Source of the DNA: Candidatus Eiseniibacteriota bacterium
GTDB taxonomy: Bacteria > Eisenbacteria > RBG-16-71-46
Reading direction: 5' to 3'
DNA length: 64,000 bases
NCBI GenBank assembly: GCA_963717935.1
Contig: CAVQXP010000004.1
Location: 1,120,001-1,184,000, forward strand
The notes under the pieces were generated by a model that was given only the letters and a program-made list of their open reading frames with translations, was not told the DNA's origin and made no database searches. The number at the start of each line of letters is the position of its first letter. The stretch's first letter is position 1. The position numbers were made by a program, and so were the translations under genes. Below, piece after piece: positions 22,326 through 31,714 of this stretch.

Positions 22326-22580
22326 GTGGCGGGCGAGGAGGACCAGCGGCTGCGCGACCTGATCGTGATGATGGCCCGTGGCCTGGTGGACCGTCCCGAC
22401 GACGTGGCGGTCGACGTCCTGGAGCCCGGCGAGGACGCCGTGTTCGAGTTGCGCGTGCACCCCGACGACCTGGGGCACGTCATCGGCAAGCAGGGACGCA
22501 CGGCGCGCTCGATGCGGCTCGCGCTCGGCGCCGCCGCGTCGCGGGTGGGCCGCAACGCGAACCTCGAGATCGCCGATTAG
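22326..22580 (+). CDS. khpA: KH-domain RNA-binding protein
   Basis: LVDRPDDV, ELRVHPDDLGHVIGKQGRTA (GxxG); upstream of rimM; start uncertain. Confidence 0.88.
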   Translation: MAGEEDQRLRDLIVMMARGLVDRPDDVAVDVLEPGEDAVFELRVHPDDLGHVIGKQGRTARSMRLALGAAASRVGRNANLEIAD

Positions 22581-22602
22581 CGAGCGTCCTGCAGCGTCGC
22601 TG

Positions 22603-23101
22603 GTGCGGATCGGCCGCCTGGGCCGGACCCACGGGGTGCAGGGCGAGATCAACCTGGACGGGGCCTCGCTCACCCCGCTCGAGCTGCACGCGATCAGGCG
22701 CTTCGTCTGGCGTCGCGCGGGCGTGGCGGAGCGCGCGCTCACGCTCCTGACCGCGCGTCCCGCGCTCGCGCGCATGCTGGTGCGTTTCGAGGGTGTCACC
22801 GTGCGCGAGCAGGCGGCGGAGCTGACGAACGGCGAACTCTGGGCCGGCGCGGGAGGCGCTCCCCGATCCGGGGCCCGGGACGGCCTACACGTTCCAGCTC
22901 GTGGGCCTGCGCGTGGAGACCGAGGAGGGCCGGGCGCTGGGTGTCATCGCCGAGGTGATCTCGACCGGGGCGCACCCGGTCTACGCCGTGCGGGGCGCGC
23001 GCGAGCTGCTGGTGCCCGGAGCGCCCGGCGTGGTGAAGCGCGTGGACCTCGAGGCCGGCCTCATGGTCGTGGCCCTGCCGGCCGGGCTCGAGGAGCTGTG
23101 A
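22603..23101 (+). CDS. rimM: Ribosome maturation factor RimM, one apparent frameshift near 22850
   Basis: IGRLGRTHGVQGE N-terminus and PRC barrel (LVGLRVETEEG..ELLVP..VDLEAG) in a second frame; between khpA and trmD. Confidence 0.85.
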
Positions 23102-23108
23102 GGCGGAC

Positions 23109-23870
23109 GTGAGGATCTCGCTGCTGACGATCTTCCCGGACTTCTTCGGGCCCGCGCTCGACGAGGGCATGATCCGGCTCGCGCGCGAGAAGGGCCGGCT
23201 CGAGGTCGGCGTGGTCCACCTGCGCGACTTCACCGACGATTCCCACCGCTCGACCGACGACTACCCGTTCGGCGGGGGCGTGGGGATGATCATGAAGGTC
23301 GAGCCCATCGACCGGGCACTCCAGTCGCTCGCCGTGGGGGAGACGGGCGCGCGTCCGGCCGGTACGCGCGTGGTGCTCCTCTCTCCGCAGGGGCGGCCCT
23401 TCACGCAGGCGCGGGCCCTCGAGTACGCCACGCTCGAGCACCTGGTGCTGGTGAGCGGGCGCTACAAGGGCGTGGACGAGCGGGTGAGCGAGCACCTGGT
23501 GGACGAGGAGCTCTCGCTCGGCGACTTCGTGCTCTCGGGCGGCGAGCCGGCCGCGCTCTGCGTCGTGGACGCGGTGGCCCGCCTGCTGCCGGGCGTGGTC
23601 GGCACCTTCGACTCGGTGGAGGGCGACTCGTTCCACTCCGGGCTGCTCGACACGCCCTACTACACGCGCCCGGCTGAGTACCGCGGCTGGCCCGTGCCCG
23701 AGGTGCTGCTCTCGGGCCATCACGCCCAGATCGCCAAGGCCCGCCGCGAGGAGTCGCTGCGGCGCACGCTCGAGCGGCGCCCGGACCTGCTCGAGGCGGC
23801 CGAGTTGACGGACGACGAGGTCCGCTTCCTCAGGCGCCGGGGCTGGAAGGGCCGCGAGCCGCGGGGCTGA
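23109..23870 (+). CDS. trmD: tRNA (guanine-N1)-methyltransferase
   Basis: DDYPFGGGVGM, LSPQG, GRYKGVDERV, SLGDFVLSGGE, YTRP. Confidence 0.96.
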   Translation: MRISLLTIFPDFFGPALDEGMIRLAREKGRLEVGVVHLRDFTDDSHRSTDDYPFGGGVGMIMKVEPIDRALQSLAVGETGARPAGTRVVLLSPQGRPFTQARALEYATLEHLVLVSGRYKGVDERVSEHLVDEELSLGDFVLSGGEPAALCVVDAVARLLPGVVGTFDSVEGDSFHSGLLDTPYYTRPAEYRGWPVPEVLLSGHHAQIAKARREESLRRTLERRPDLLEAAELTDDEVRFLRRRGWKGREPRG

Positions 23871-23918
23871 AGCTCCCGGTCGGCGACCGGAGCGGGAACC
23901 CGGTGGGCGGCTGGAGGG

Positions 23919-23949
23919 GTAGTACCATCAGGACGTAGTACCGTCAGGA
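23919..23949 (+). repeat. Tandem 15-nt direct repeat GTAGTACC(A/G)TCAGGA x2 immediately before the lipoprotein start
   Basis: 23919-23933 and 23935-23949, 14/15 identical. Confidence 0.8.
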
Positions 23950-23956
23950 GGCCCCG

Positions 23957-24646
23957 ATGAGATCCGCGACCTTCCCCGTCTTCCTGGCCGTTGCCGTCGC
24001 CCTTGCCATCCCCGGCTGCTCGGTCGAGCGCCACGTCACGGGGCCGCTCCCCTGGCAGACCTCCGTGCGGTCTCCCGCGCCGGGCTCGCCGGCGAACGCG
24101 ATCCGCCTCTTCGAGTGGGGGTGGAACAACCGCGACCTCGACGCGTTCAAGAACCTCCTGACGGCCGACTTCCGCTTCGTCTTCGCGCTGAGCGATTCGG
24201 CGGGCAACCTGTTCCGCGACGAGCCGTTCGGCCGGGAGCAGATGCTCGGCTGCCTGAGGAATCTCTTCACGGGCGGCGGCCCGGAGCCGCCGGCCACCAG
24301 CATCCGCCTGGTCCTGGACCCGGAACTCCTCGTGCTCCCCGACAGCCGGGCGGGCATGGACCCGGCGTGGCACAAGGAGATCGTCACGAGCGTGGACCTC
24401 GCCATCAAGACTGCGGCCGGTGCGGAGTACCGTGTCGTGGGCAACGCCCGCTTCTTCGTGGTGCGCGGGGACTCCGCCCTGATCCCCCAGGAACTGGGTC
24501 TCGTCCCCGACTCCACCCGCTGGTTCATCCAGCGCTGGCAGGACGAGACCCTCCAGGGGGCCGGGGCGATGCTCCGGGCGCTCCCGGCGGCGCCCCAGCC
24601 TGCGGACAACGTGACCTGGGGACAGATCCTCGCCCTTTACTACTAG
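23957..24646 (+). CDS. Hypothetical lipoprotein (possible NTF2-like fold) with C-terminal TWGxIxALY motif
   Basis: AGGAGG RBS, lipobox-like IPGC, WNNRDLDAFKNLLTADFRF, ends VTWGQILALYY. Confidence 0.7.
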   Translation: MRSATFPVFLAVAVALAIPGCSVERHVTGPLPWQTSVRSPAPGSPANAIRLFEWGWNNRDLDAFKNLLTADFRFVFALSDSAGNLFRDEPFGREQMLGCLRNLFTGGGPEPPATSIRLVLDPELLVLPDSRAGMDPAWHKEIVTSVDLAIKTAAGAEYRVVGNARFFVVRGDSALIPQELGLVPDSTRWFIQRWQDETLQGAGAMLRALPAAPQPADNVTWGQILALYY

Positions 24647-24736
24647 GCTCGCGGGGCGCCCCGGCACTGGCCGGGCGGACACGGACCCGCGCCGGGCACC
24701 CCGTCCGTCCCCGGTATCCGGCCCTCCGGGGCGGAC

Positions 24737-24765
24737 TTGGCGCCCCGGCCCACCTCTCGTATAAT
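24737..24765 (+). promoter_or_regulatory. Sigma70-type promoter for rplS
   Basis: TTGGCG-17nt-TATAAT about 60 nt upstream of rplS. Confidence 0.65.
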
Positions 24766-24825
24766 GCGCGACCGCCATGTTCGCCCGGTTACCGATGACT
24801 TGGGCGTGAGGAAAAGGAGACCATC

Positions 24826-25197
24826 ATGGGCCTGATTGAGAAGATCGAGGCCGCTCAGCTCAAGTCGGATCGACCGGAGCTTCGCCCTGGCGACACCGTG
24901 GAGGTCGCGGTGCGCGTGATCGAAGGCGACAAGGAGCGGCAGCAGAAGTTCCGCGGAGAGATCATCAACGTGCGCGGCGCGGGAGTCCGCAAGACCTTCA
25001 CGGTACGCAAGATCTCGGACGGCATCGGGGTGGAGCGCACCTTCCCGCTGCACAGCCCCGCCGTCGGCGAGATCAAGGTGCTCAAGCACTCGAAGGTCCG
25101 CCGCGCGAAGCTGTTCTACCTGCGGCACAAGACCGGCAAGGCCGCCCGCCTCACGGAGAAGAAGACCGTGGCGAGGGAGCGCGCGCCGGAGGCGTAG
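24826..25197 (+). CDS. rplS: 50S ribosomal protein L19
   Basis: GDTVEV..EGDKERQQ, TFTVRKIS.GIGVERTFPLHSP, VRRAKLFYLR. Confidence 0.97.
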   Translation: MGLIEKIEAAQLKSDRPELRPGDTVEVAVRVIEGDKERQQKFRGEIINVRGAGVRKTFTVRKISDGIGVERTFPLHSPAVGEIKVLKHSKVRRAKLFYLRHKTGKAARLTEKKTVARERAPEA

Positions 25198-25200
25198 GGC

Positions 25201-25830
25201 ATGGAGCCCTGGCGCCGGCTCGCCCGCGCGGAAGCGCGGCTCGCCGGTGAAGCCGTCACCGTGGCCGGCGTGGACGAGGTCGGCCGCGGTCCCCTGGCCG
25301 GGCCGGTCGTGGCCGCCGCGGTCGTGCTGGATGCGCGGCGCGGCTGGGACGGCGTGAACGACAGCAAGAAGCTCTCGCCCGCCGCACGGGAGGCGGTCTA
25401 CGCCCGGGTCCTGCAGGAGGCCCGGGCTTTCGCGTGGGCGGTGGTGGGGCCGCGCACCATCGACGTGCTCAACATCCGCCAGGCGAGCCTCGAGGCCATG
25501 CGCCGGGCGGTCGTGCGTCTGCCGCTCGCGCCCGACCTGGTGCTGGTGGACGGCAACGACCGCGTGCCCGGGCTCGCGTACCGCCAGCAGTCGGTCATCT
25601 CGGGCGATGCGCACCTGCTCTCGGTGGCCGCGGCCTCGGTCGTTGCCAAGGTGGTCCGCGACCGCATCATGGAGCGTTTGGACCGCGTCTGGCCCGACTA
25701 TGGCTTTGCCCGCCACAAGGGCTACGGCACGCCGGAGCACATCGCCGCCCTGGGCCGGTTCGGGCCCTGCCCGCTCCACCGCTTCTCGTTCGCGCCGGTG
25801 CGCGTGCAACGCCTGGTACATTTCACCTAG
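25201..25830 (+). CDS. rnhB: Ribonuclease HII
   Basis: AGVDEVGRGPLAGPV, DSKKL, AAASVVAKV.RD, HKGYGT. Confidence 0.95.
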   Translation: MEPWRRLARAEARLAGEAVTVAGVDEVGRGPLAGPVVAAAVVLDARRGWDGVNDSKKLSPAAREAVYARVLQEARAFAWAVVGPRTIDVLNIRQASLEAMRRAVVRLPLAPDLVLVDGNDRVPGLAYRQQSVISGDAHLLSVAAASVVAKVVRDRIMERLDRVWPDYGFARHKGYGTPEHIAALGRFGPCPLHRFSFAPVRVQRLVHFT

Positions 25831-25870
25831 ACTGGGCCAGGCTCCCGCACCGCCCCCGCGGAGCGACATC

Positions 25871-26224
25871 ATGGGATTGGCGCAGGAGCGCGGCCGCGCG
25901 GGCGAGGCCCTGGCCGCCGCCTACCTCGAACTCGCGGGGCTCGAGGTGACGCGGCGCAACGTGCGGCTCGCGGGCGTCGAGGTGGACCTGGTGGCGCGCG
26001 AGGGTCGCGCGCGGGTGGTGGTCGAAGTGAAACTGCGCAACCGCTCGGACTACGGCGGCGCGGTCGGGGCCGTGGACGAGCGCAAACGCGTGCGGCTGCG
26101 GCGCGCGGCGCTGGCGTTGCTGGCCGAGGAGGGAGGCCCGGTGCGGGTGGACGTCGTGGCGATGGACCTCACGGCCGAGGGGCTGACGTTGCGGCACGTC
26201 CGCGACGCGGTCCAGGGGGGCTGA
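25871..26224 (+). CDS. yraN: YraN family (UPF0102) nuclease-like protein
   Basis: GRAGEALAAAYL, EVDLVA, VVEVK; canonical position after rnhB. Confidence 0.9.
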   Translation: MGLAQERGRAGEALAAAYLELAGLEVTRRNVRLAGVEVDLVAREGRARVVVEVKLRNRSDYGGAVGAVDERKRVRLRRAALALLAEEGGPVRVDVVAMDLTAEGLTLRHVRDAVQGG

Positions 26225-26228
26225 GCCG

Positions 26229-27603
26229 ATGAAGGTCCCGCGCCTCCCGCTCACGCGCCGCCTGCGCGCGCGGCTCCGGGCCCAGCGGCGCTGGTGGCGT
26301 GCCCGCTGGCGCGACACCGCGCGCGGCGAGGTGCTGTTCCCGCCGGTCGGCCATGGCATGGTCGCGGTGGAGACCCTGGCGGGCTCGAGCGCCGAGCCCG
26401 GCGGCGAGAGCGCCACGACGGGACCGCGCATCGCCGTGCTCCACGCCACCGCGGGCAGCGGCCACAAGCGCGCCGCCGAGGCGCTGGCCGCGGCGGTCTC
26501 CGTGCTCGAGCCGGAGGCCACCGTGCGCGAGGTGGACACGCTGGTCTTCGCCTCGCGCCTCTACCGGGGCACCTACGCGGCCTCGTACAACACCATGGCC
26601 CAGCACGCGCCGCGGCTCTGGGGCGTGCTCTACCACTCCTGGACGATGGCCCCGGTGAACCGGAGCACCGCGCCGGTGCGGCTCACGCTCGACCGGCTCA
26701 ACCTGCGCCGCCTGGTGCGCGTGGTCGAGCGCGAGCAGCCGGCCGCGGTCGTGTGCACGCACTTCCTGCCGGTCGAGGCGCTCTCGCCGCAGCGCGGCGC
26801 GCGGCCTGGGCGCGCCGCTCTACTGCGTGATCACCGATTTCGCGGCGCACCCCTTCTGGGTGTTCCCGCACGTGGACCGCTATTTCGTCGCGGCGGATGC
26901 CGTGGCGGACGAGCTGGCGGGCCGCGGGGTGCCGCGCCGCCGGATCGAGGTGACCGGCATCCCGGTGGACCCGCGCTTCGCGCGCCGGATCGGCCGCGAG
27001 GCGGCGCGGGCGCACTTCGGGCTCGACCCGGACCGGCCGCTGGTGCTGGTGATGGGCGGGGGCAGTGGCGTGGGGCCTCTGGCGCGAGCTGGCCGAACGC
27101 CTCACCGGGCTCGCGCTCGGGCACGCAGGTGCTGGTGGTGTGCGGCACCAACGCGAGATTGCGCGACGAGATCGACGCACCTGCCCGCCGGCCGCACCGG
27201 GCGCATCCGCACCCTGGGCTTCAGCCAGGAGGTGGACGTGCTGCTCGAGGCCTGCGACGTGGTGGTGGGGAAGGCCGGCGGGCTGACCTGCTCGGAGGCG
27301 CTCATCAAGCGCGCGCCGCTCGTGGTCTTCAAGCCGACGCCGGGGCAGGAGGTGCTCAACGCCCGCTTCCTCGCCTCGGCCGGCGCGGCCGTGCTCGCCG
27401 AATCGGTCGAGGACGTGACGGCCACGGTGGCGCACTGGCTCGCGAACCCCGCGGCGCGCGAGCGGGTGCGCGAGGCGCAGTCCCGCATCGCCCGGCCCGA
27501 CGCGGCCGAGGCCATCGCCCGCCGGGTGCTCGGCGACATCGGGGCGCTGCGCGCGGCCGCGCCGGCCGCCGGCACTCTTGACCGGCCCGCGGCCGGAACG
27601 TAG
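26229..27603 (+). CDS. MGDG synthase/UgtP-like diacylglycerol glycosyltransferase, frameshifted
   Basis: AGSGHKRAAEA, VVCTHFLP, VITDFAAHPFW, TGIPV, MGGGSG, KAGGLTCSEA, PGQE..NA; start uncertain. Confidence 0.8.
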
Positions 27604-27664
27604 GTTCGGTCCGGGTTCTCGAGTCCGTCGTCATCGCCATCCACTCCCGGGAGACGAGCCCAGC

Positions 27665-28199
27665 GTGTCCAGGATCTTCGTCCGCGACTTCACGGTCCCG
27701 GAGGCCGCGATCGACGTGAACGGCCACGTCAACAACCTCGAGTACCTGCGCTGGATGCAGGACATCGCCGTCGAGCACTCGGCCGCCCGGGGCTGGCCGC
27801 TGGAGCGCTACCGGGCGACCCGCACCGCCTGGGTCGTGCGGTCGCACTCGATCGAGTACCTGCGTCCGGCCTTCGCGGGGGACGCGCTCTCGCTGCTCAC
27901 CTGGGTGGCCGACCTGCGCCCGCGCAGCTCGCTGCGCAAGTACCTGCTCTGGAGGACGAGCGACCGGCAGATCCTGGCCCGGGCCGAGACCCTGTGGGTG
28001 CTTCGTGGAACTCGATACCGGCCGGGCGCGCCCCATCCCCGAGGAGCTGCGCTCCTCGTTCGAGGTCGTCTCCGACCAGGACGAGGTGCTGCGCCTGCTG
28101 CGCCACGGCGATGCGGTGAGCCCGCACCCCCCTGCGAAGACCGCCGATGGACGGGCTGGATCCCCACGCCCGGCGCCGCGCGACGCGGTCCACGAGTAG
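27665..28199 (+). CDS. Acyl-CoA thioesterase (4HBT/hotdog fold), frameshift near 28000
   Basis: IDVNGHVNNLEYLRW, WVVRSHSIEYLRPAF, C-terminal GRARPIPEEL in the next frame. Confidence 0.82.
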
Positions 28200-28227
28200 T
28201 CCAGGCCAGCCCCAAGGGAGACCCTTC

Positions 28228-28866
28228 ATGAACCCGTTCACGACCGGATTGCTGGTGGTGGCTGGCGTCGCGCTGGCCGCCTGGCTCCTGCGCCGCTTCT
28301 CGGGTGACGCGGGCATCGACCGCGAGACGCTCTCGGGGCGGACGGGCGAGCCGGGGCACGCGGTGCCGCCCGCCTCCGCGCCCGAGGACGAGTTCGAGGA
28401 CGACGAGGCCGACGAGTCCGGCGAGATCGCCGCCATCACCTCGGACGGCTGGATGTTCATCCCCTTCGAGAAGGGCGTGCAGCTGCTGACCCCGGCGAGC
28501 CCCGAGGATCTGACCGAGGAGCTCGCGACCCAGGCGGTCTCGCGCGGCCGGGTGGCCGGCATGCTCTCGTGCGGCGATCTCGTCGCGGCGCGCATCGTGC
28601 GCGGCGCGCCCAGCGTGGACCCGTGGCGGCTCGAGGCCCTGGGCCGCGACCGCGAGTACCTGTCGTGGGGCTTCGAGACCGAGGACGCCGCGCACGCGGC
28701 GCTCGACCTGCTCGGGCGCATCGTCGTGCGGGTGCCGATGGATGCCGATGGCGAGCCCCTCGCCGCGGGGGCCGCGGAGTTCGAGGAGGCACGGCGGGTA
28801 CACGAGCAGACCGAGCAGGAGCTGGCGATGATGCCCGAGGTGGAAGAGCCCGAGGAGCCGAGGTGA
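28228..28866 (+). CDS. Hypothetical protein with N-terminal membrane anchor and acidic segments
   Basis: GGGAG RBS, hydrophobic N-terminus, typical codon usage, GTGA overlap with next gene. Confidence 0.7.
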   Translation: MNPFTTGLLVVAGVALAAWLLRRFSGDAGIDRETLSGRTGEPGHAVPPASAPEDEFEDDEADESGEIAAITSDGWMFIPFEKGVQLLTPASPEDLTEELATQAVSRGRVAGMLSCGDLVAARIVRGAPSVDPWRLEALGRDREYLSWGFETEDAAHAALDLLGRIVVRVPMDADGEPLAAGAAEFEEARRVHEQTEQELAMMPEVEEPEEPR

Positions 28867-29669
28867 CGCCCGCCACCCACCTGCCCGGGCACGAGGTCGC
28901 GATCGAGCGGCGCGAGGACCTCCCGTTCCTGGTCGAGCACTGGTACCTGGGTTCGCGCACCCGGCGCTACATGATGGTGCGGCGCTTCCGCGAGGTGCTG
29001 GAGCACGCCGCGCTCGAGCCGGGACTGCGCGTGCTCGACGTCGGCTGCGGCTGGGCCTACGGGAGCCACTGGGCGAACGCGCTGGGCTGCGAGGTCTGCG
29101 GCATCGATCTCGCGCACGACCAGCTCGCCTGGGCGCGGCGCGGGCTCGCGGACGGCGCGCGCCTGGGGCTCACGCAGGCCAACGCCAGGACGCTCCCGTT
29201 CCGCGGCGCCGCCTTCGACCGCGTCTTCTCGGTGGAGACCATGGAGCACGTCTTCCGGCCGGACCGGCCCGCGGTCTACGCCGAGCTGGCGCGCGTGCTC
29301 AAGCGGGGCGGACGGCTCGCGCTCTCCACCCCCAACCCTTCCTCGCCCATCGAGGCGGCCAAGCGGCTGGCGGTCCGCTGGCCCGCGTTCCGCCGGGCGC
29401 TGCCCTCTTCGTGCTTCCCCGAGGCGGCCGACGACCTCACGTCCTACCATCCGTACCGCTACCATCACCCGCTCCTGCCGTCGGAACTCGTGAGCGGGCT
29501 CGCCGCATCCGGCTTCAAGGTGCTGGGCACGACCCGCTTCCTCTGGGTGCCGAAGACGCTGCCCGGGCCGCTGCTGGGTGCGGGGCGCCTGGCCGAGCGC
29601 GCGCTCGAGTCGCTGCCGCTCCTGCGGCGCATGGGTGCGACGACGCTGGTCTGGGCGGAGCGGCGCTGA
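28863..29669 (+). CDS. Class I SAM-dependent methyltransferase
   Basis: VLDVGCGWA, LPFRGAAFDRV, ETMEHV, RVLKRGG, STPN. Confidence 0.88.
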   Translation: MTPATHLPGHEVAIERREDLPFLVEHWYLGSRTRRYMMVRRFREVLEHAALEPGLRVLDVGCGWAYGSHWANALGCEVCGIDLAHDQLAWARRGLADGARLGLTQANARTLPFRGAAFDRVFSVETMEHVFRPDRPAVYAELARVLKRGGRLALSTPNPSSPIEAAKRLAVRWPAFRRALPSSCFPEAADDLTSYHPYRYHHPLLPSELVSGLAASGFKVLGTTRFLWVPKTLPGPLLGAGRLAERALESLPLLRRMGATTLVWAERR

Positions 29670-29676
29670 GGTGGGC

Positions 29677-30351
29677 ATGACGCGGCTCCTCCTGCTGCTC
29701 GGGATCGTGCTCCTGCAGGTCTCGCCCGACATCACCGGCAACCCGCGCAACCCGGTCGAGCGCCCGCACAACATGGACGAGGCCGAAGTGGACTCGCTCA
29801 GGCCCACGACGGGTGCCCGGGTCCCGGTCCTGGTGGAGGCGCTCGAGGGCGCGCCCGTGGCGCCCCGGGAACTCGACGCGTTTCTCAGGGGGTTCCGCGG
29901 GGCGTTCCAGGAGCGTGAGATCCCGACCGAGCGCGTCGCGAAGAAGACCGGCGCGGTGAGGCCGGGCGCCCCGCTGCGCAACGGGCTCCGGCTCGCGGAG
30001 GGGGTGGACGAGAAGGGGGCGTGGAGCGTGCGCGTGCGGCTCGAGTGGTTCGCGCCGCAGGACAGCGCCGCCGACTCGCTCGCGCGCGACTGGCCCGGGC
30101 GGGGCGCGCGCGTGACCGTCACGGCCGGCTGGCCCGAGGGGACGCGCATCATGCCGCCGGCGCTGCCGCGCACCGAGTGGCTGCGCTTCCCGGCCGGGCA
30201 CCCCGTGGACGCGGCCTACTACCAGCACGCCGGCTGGCAGGTGGGCTTCCTGACGCTCGAGGCGGTGCTGCGCGCGAAGGGCGAGCTGAACGACGACCAG
30301 CGCCTGCGGCTCGAGGACACGCGCCGCATCACGCCGGCCGCGGCCCGATGA
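29677..30351 (+). CDS. Hypothetical exported protein
   Basis: GAGG RBS, signal-peptide-like N-terminus, ATGA overlap with FIST gene. Confidence 0.65.
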   Translation: MTRLLLLLGIVLLQVSPDITGNPRNPVERPHNMDEAEVDSLRPTTGARVPVLVEALEGAPVAPRELDAFLRGFRGAFQEREIPTERVAKKTGAVRPGAPLRNGLRLAEGVDEKGAWSVRVRLEWFAPQDSAADSLARDWPGRGARVTVTAGWPEGTRIMPPALPRTEWLRFPAGHPVDAAYYQHAGWQVGFLTLEAVLRAKGELNDDQRLRLEDTRRITPAAAR

Positions 30352-31568
30352 GCGCCGGCGCCCCGGGGGAGGGCATGCGCTGGGCCGCCGCATCCTCGCG
30401 TCTCGCCGATTCGGCGGCCGCCGCGGTCGAAGCCGCCGACACGCTCGCCGTCGCGCTCGGCGAAGGCCCGGTGGACCTCGTGCTGGCCTTCTTCAGCGTG
30501 CACCACGTCGCCTCGGCCGAGCCGCTCGCGCAGGCCCTGCGAGAACGCCTGCGCCCGGGCTGCCTCGCGGGAGCGAGCGGCCACGGGGTGGTGACGAGCG
30601 AGCACGAGATCGAAGGCGCGCACGCTCTCTCGCTGATCGCCGCGCGCCTGCCGGGGGTCACGGTCGCGCCGTTCGTGCTGGTGAGCGAGGGTTGGGACGA
30701 GGCCCTCGGCGATGCGGCCGCCTTCGCACGGATGGCTCCCGGCGTGGTGGGGGCGGAGCTCGTGCTGGTGCTGGGCGATCCGTTCAGCCTCGAGCTGGCG
30801 GGCCTGTTCGCCGCGTGCCAGCGGCAGGCCACCGGCGTGCGGCTGGTGGGCGGGCTCGCCAGCGCGGCGCCGCGGCCCGGTTCGAACGCGCTGCTCCTCA
30901 ACGACTGGGTCGCCAGCGGAGGTGGAGTGGCGGTGGCGCTCTCGGGGGCCCTGCGTGCCGACGTGGTGGTCTCGCAGGGATGCAGGGCCATCGGTCCGCC
31001 GCTCACCGTGACCCGGGGTGAGGGCAACGTGATCGCCGAGCTCGACGGCCGGCCCGCGATCGAGCGGGTCGAGGAGGTGCTCCAGGAACTGCCCGAGGGC
31101 GAGCACGAACGGCTCCAGGGCGGGCTCTACGTCGGGCTTCCGGTGCGCCCCGACGCCGCGGGGTGCGGTGACTACCTGATCCGCGCGCTGCTCGGCGGTG
31201 ACCATGCGCGCGGGCTGATCGCGGTGGGCGACCGCGTGGTGGTGGGCCAGCAGATGCGGCTCCATGTGCGTGACGCCGGGACCGCACGCGAGGACCTGGA
31301 GATGCTGCTCTCGCCGCAGGCCTTCGACACGCCCGCGCGCGCCGCGCTGCTGTTCGCCTGCAACAGCCGCGGGCACGGGCTCTTCGGCACCGCGGACGGC
31401 GACATCGGCCGGCTCCAGGCCGCGCTCGGCGGCGGGGTGCCGGTGGCCGGGATGTTCTGCGCGGGCGAGGTCGGCCCGGTCGGTGAGCGGAATTTCCTGC
31501 ACGGGCACACCGCGAGCATCGCCATCATCCGGCCGGGGACGGTGGCCGGGAGTGGCGGGACGCACTAA
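30348..31568 (+). CDS. FIST N/C-domain protein (NosP-like sensor)
   Basis: LVGGLAS, VVVSQGCRAIG, VTRGEGNVIAELDGRPA, LLFACNSRG, GMFCAGEVGP, LHGHTAS. Confidence 0.88.
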   Translation: MSAGAPGEGMRWAAASSRLADSAAAAVEAADTLAVALGEGPVDLVLAFFSVHHVASAEPLAQALRERLRPGCLAGASGHGVVTSEHEIEGAHALSLIAARLPGVTVAPFVLVSEGWDEALGDAAAFARMAPGVVGAELVLVLGDPFSLELAGLFAACQRQATGVRLVGGLASAAPRPGSNALLLNDWVASGGGVAVALSGALRADVVVSQGCRAIGPPLTVTRGEGNVIAELDGRPAIERVEEVLQELPEGEHERLQGGLYVGLPVRPDAAGCGDYLIRALLGGDHARGLIAVGDRVVVGQQMRLHVRDAGTAREDLEMLLSPQAFDTPARAALLFACNSRGHGLFGTADGDIGRLQAALGGGVPVAGMFCAGEVGPVGERNFLHGHTASIAIIRPGTVAGSGGTH

Positions 31569-31656
31569 GGTCGATCCGGCCGGTTCCGGGGCGCATCCAA
31601 CCGTCCTCGGCAGCGCACTTCCAGCACGCTCCCCCGGGCCAGTGAGAGGCATCTCC

Positions 31657-31704
31657 ATGAGCGTTCATCCTGAGGTCTTGATCGTGGGCGCCGCGCGCAC
31701 CTGA
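31657..31704 (+). pseudogene. 15-codon remnant resembling a thiolase (acetyl-CoA acetyltransferase) N-terminus
   Basis: GAGAGG RBS + MSVHPEVLIVGAART*, directly upstream of hbd. Confidence 0.6.
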
Positions 31705-31714
31705 GGAGGACACG

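Noticed and set aside
22603..23101. rimM (also fmt and acpS) as true pseudogenes or programmed frameshifts
   Set aside because: Essential genes with otherwise intact motifs and no evident slippery sites; sequencing indels are more parsimonious
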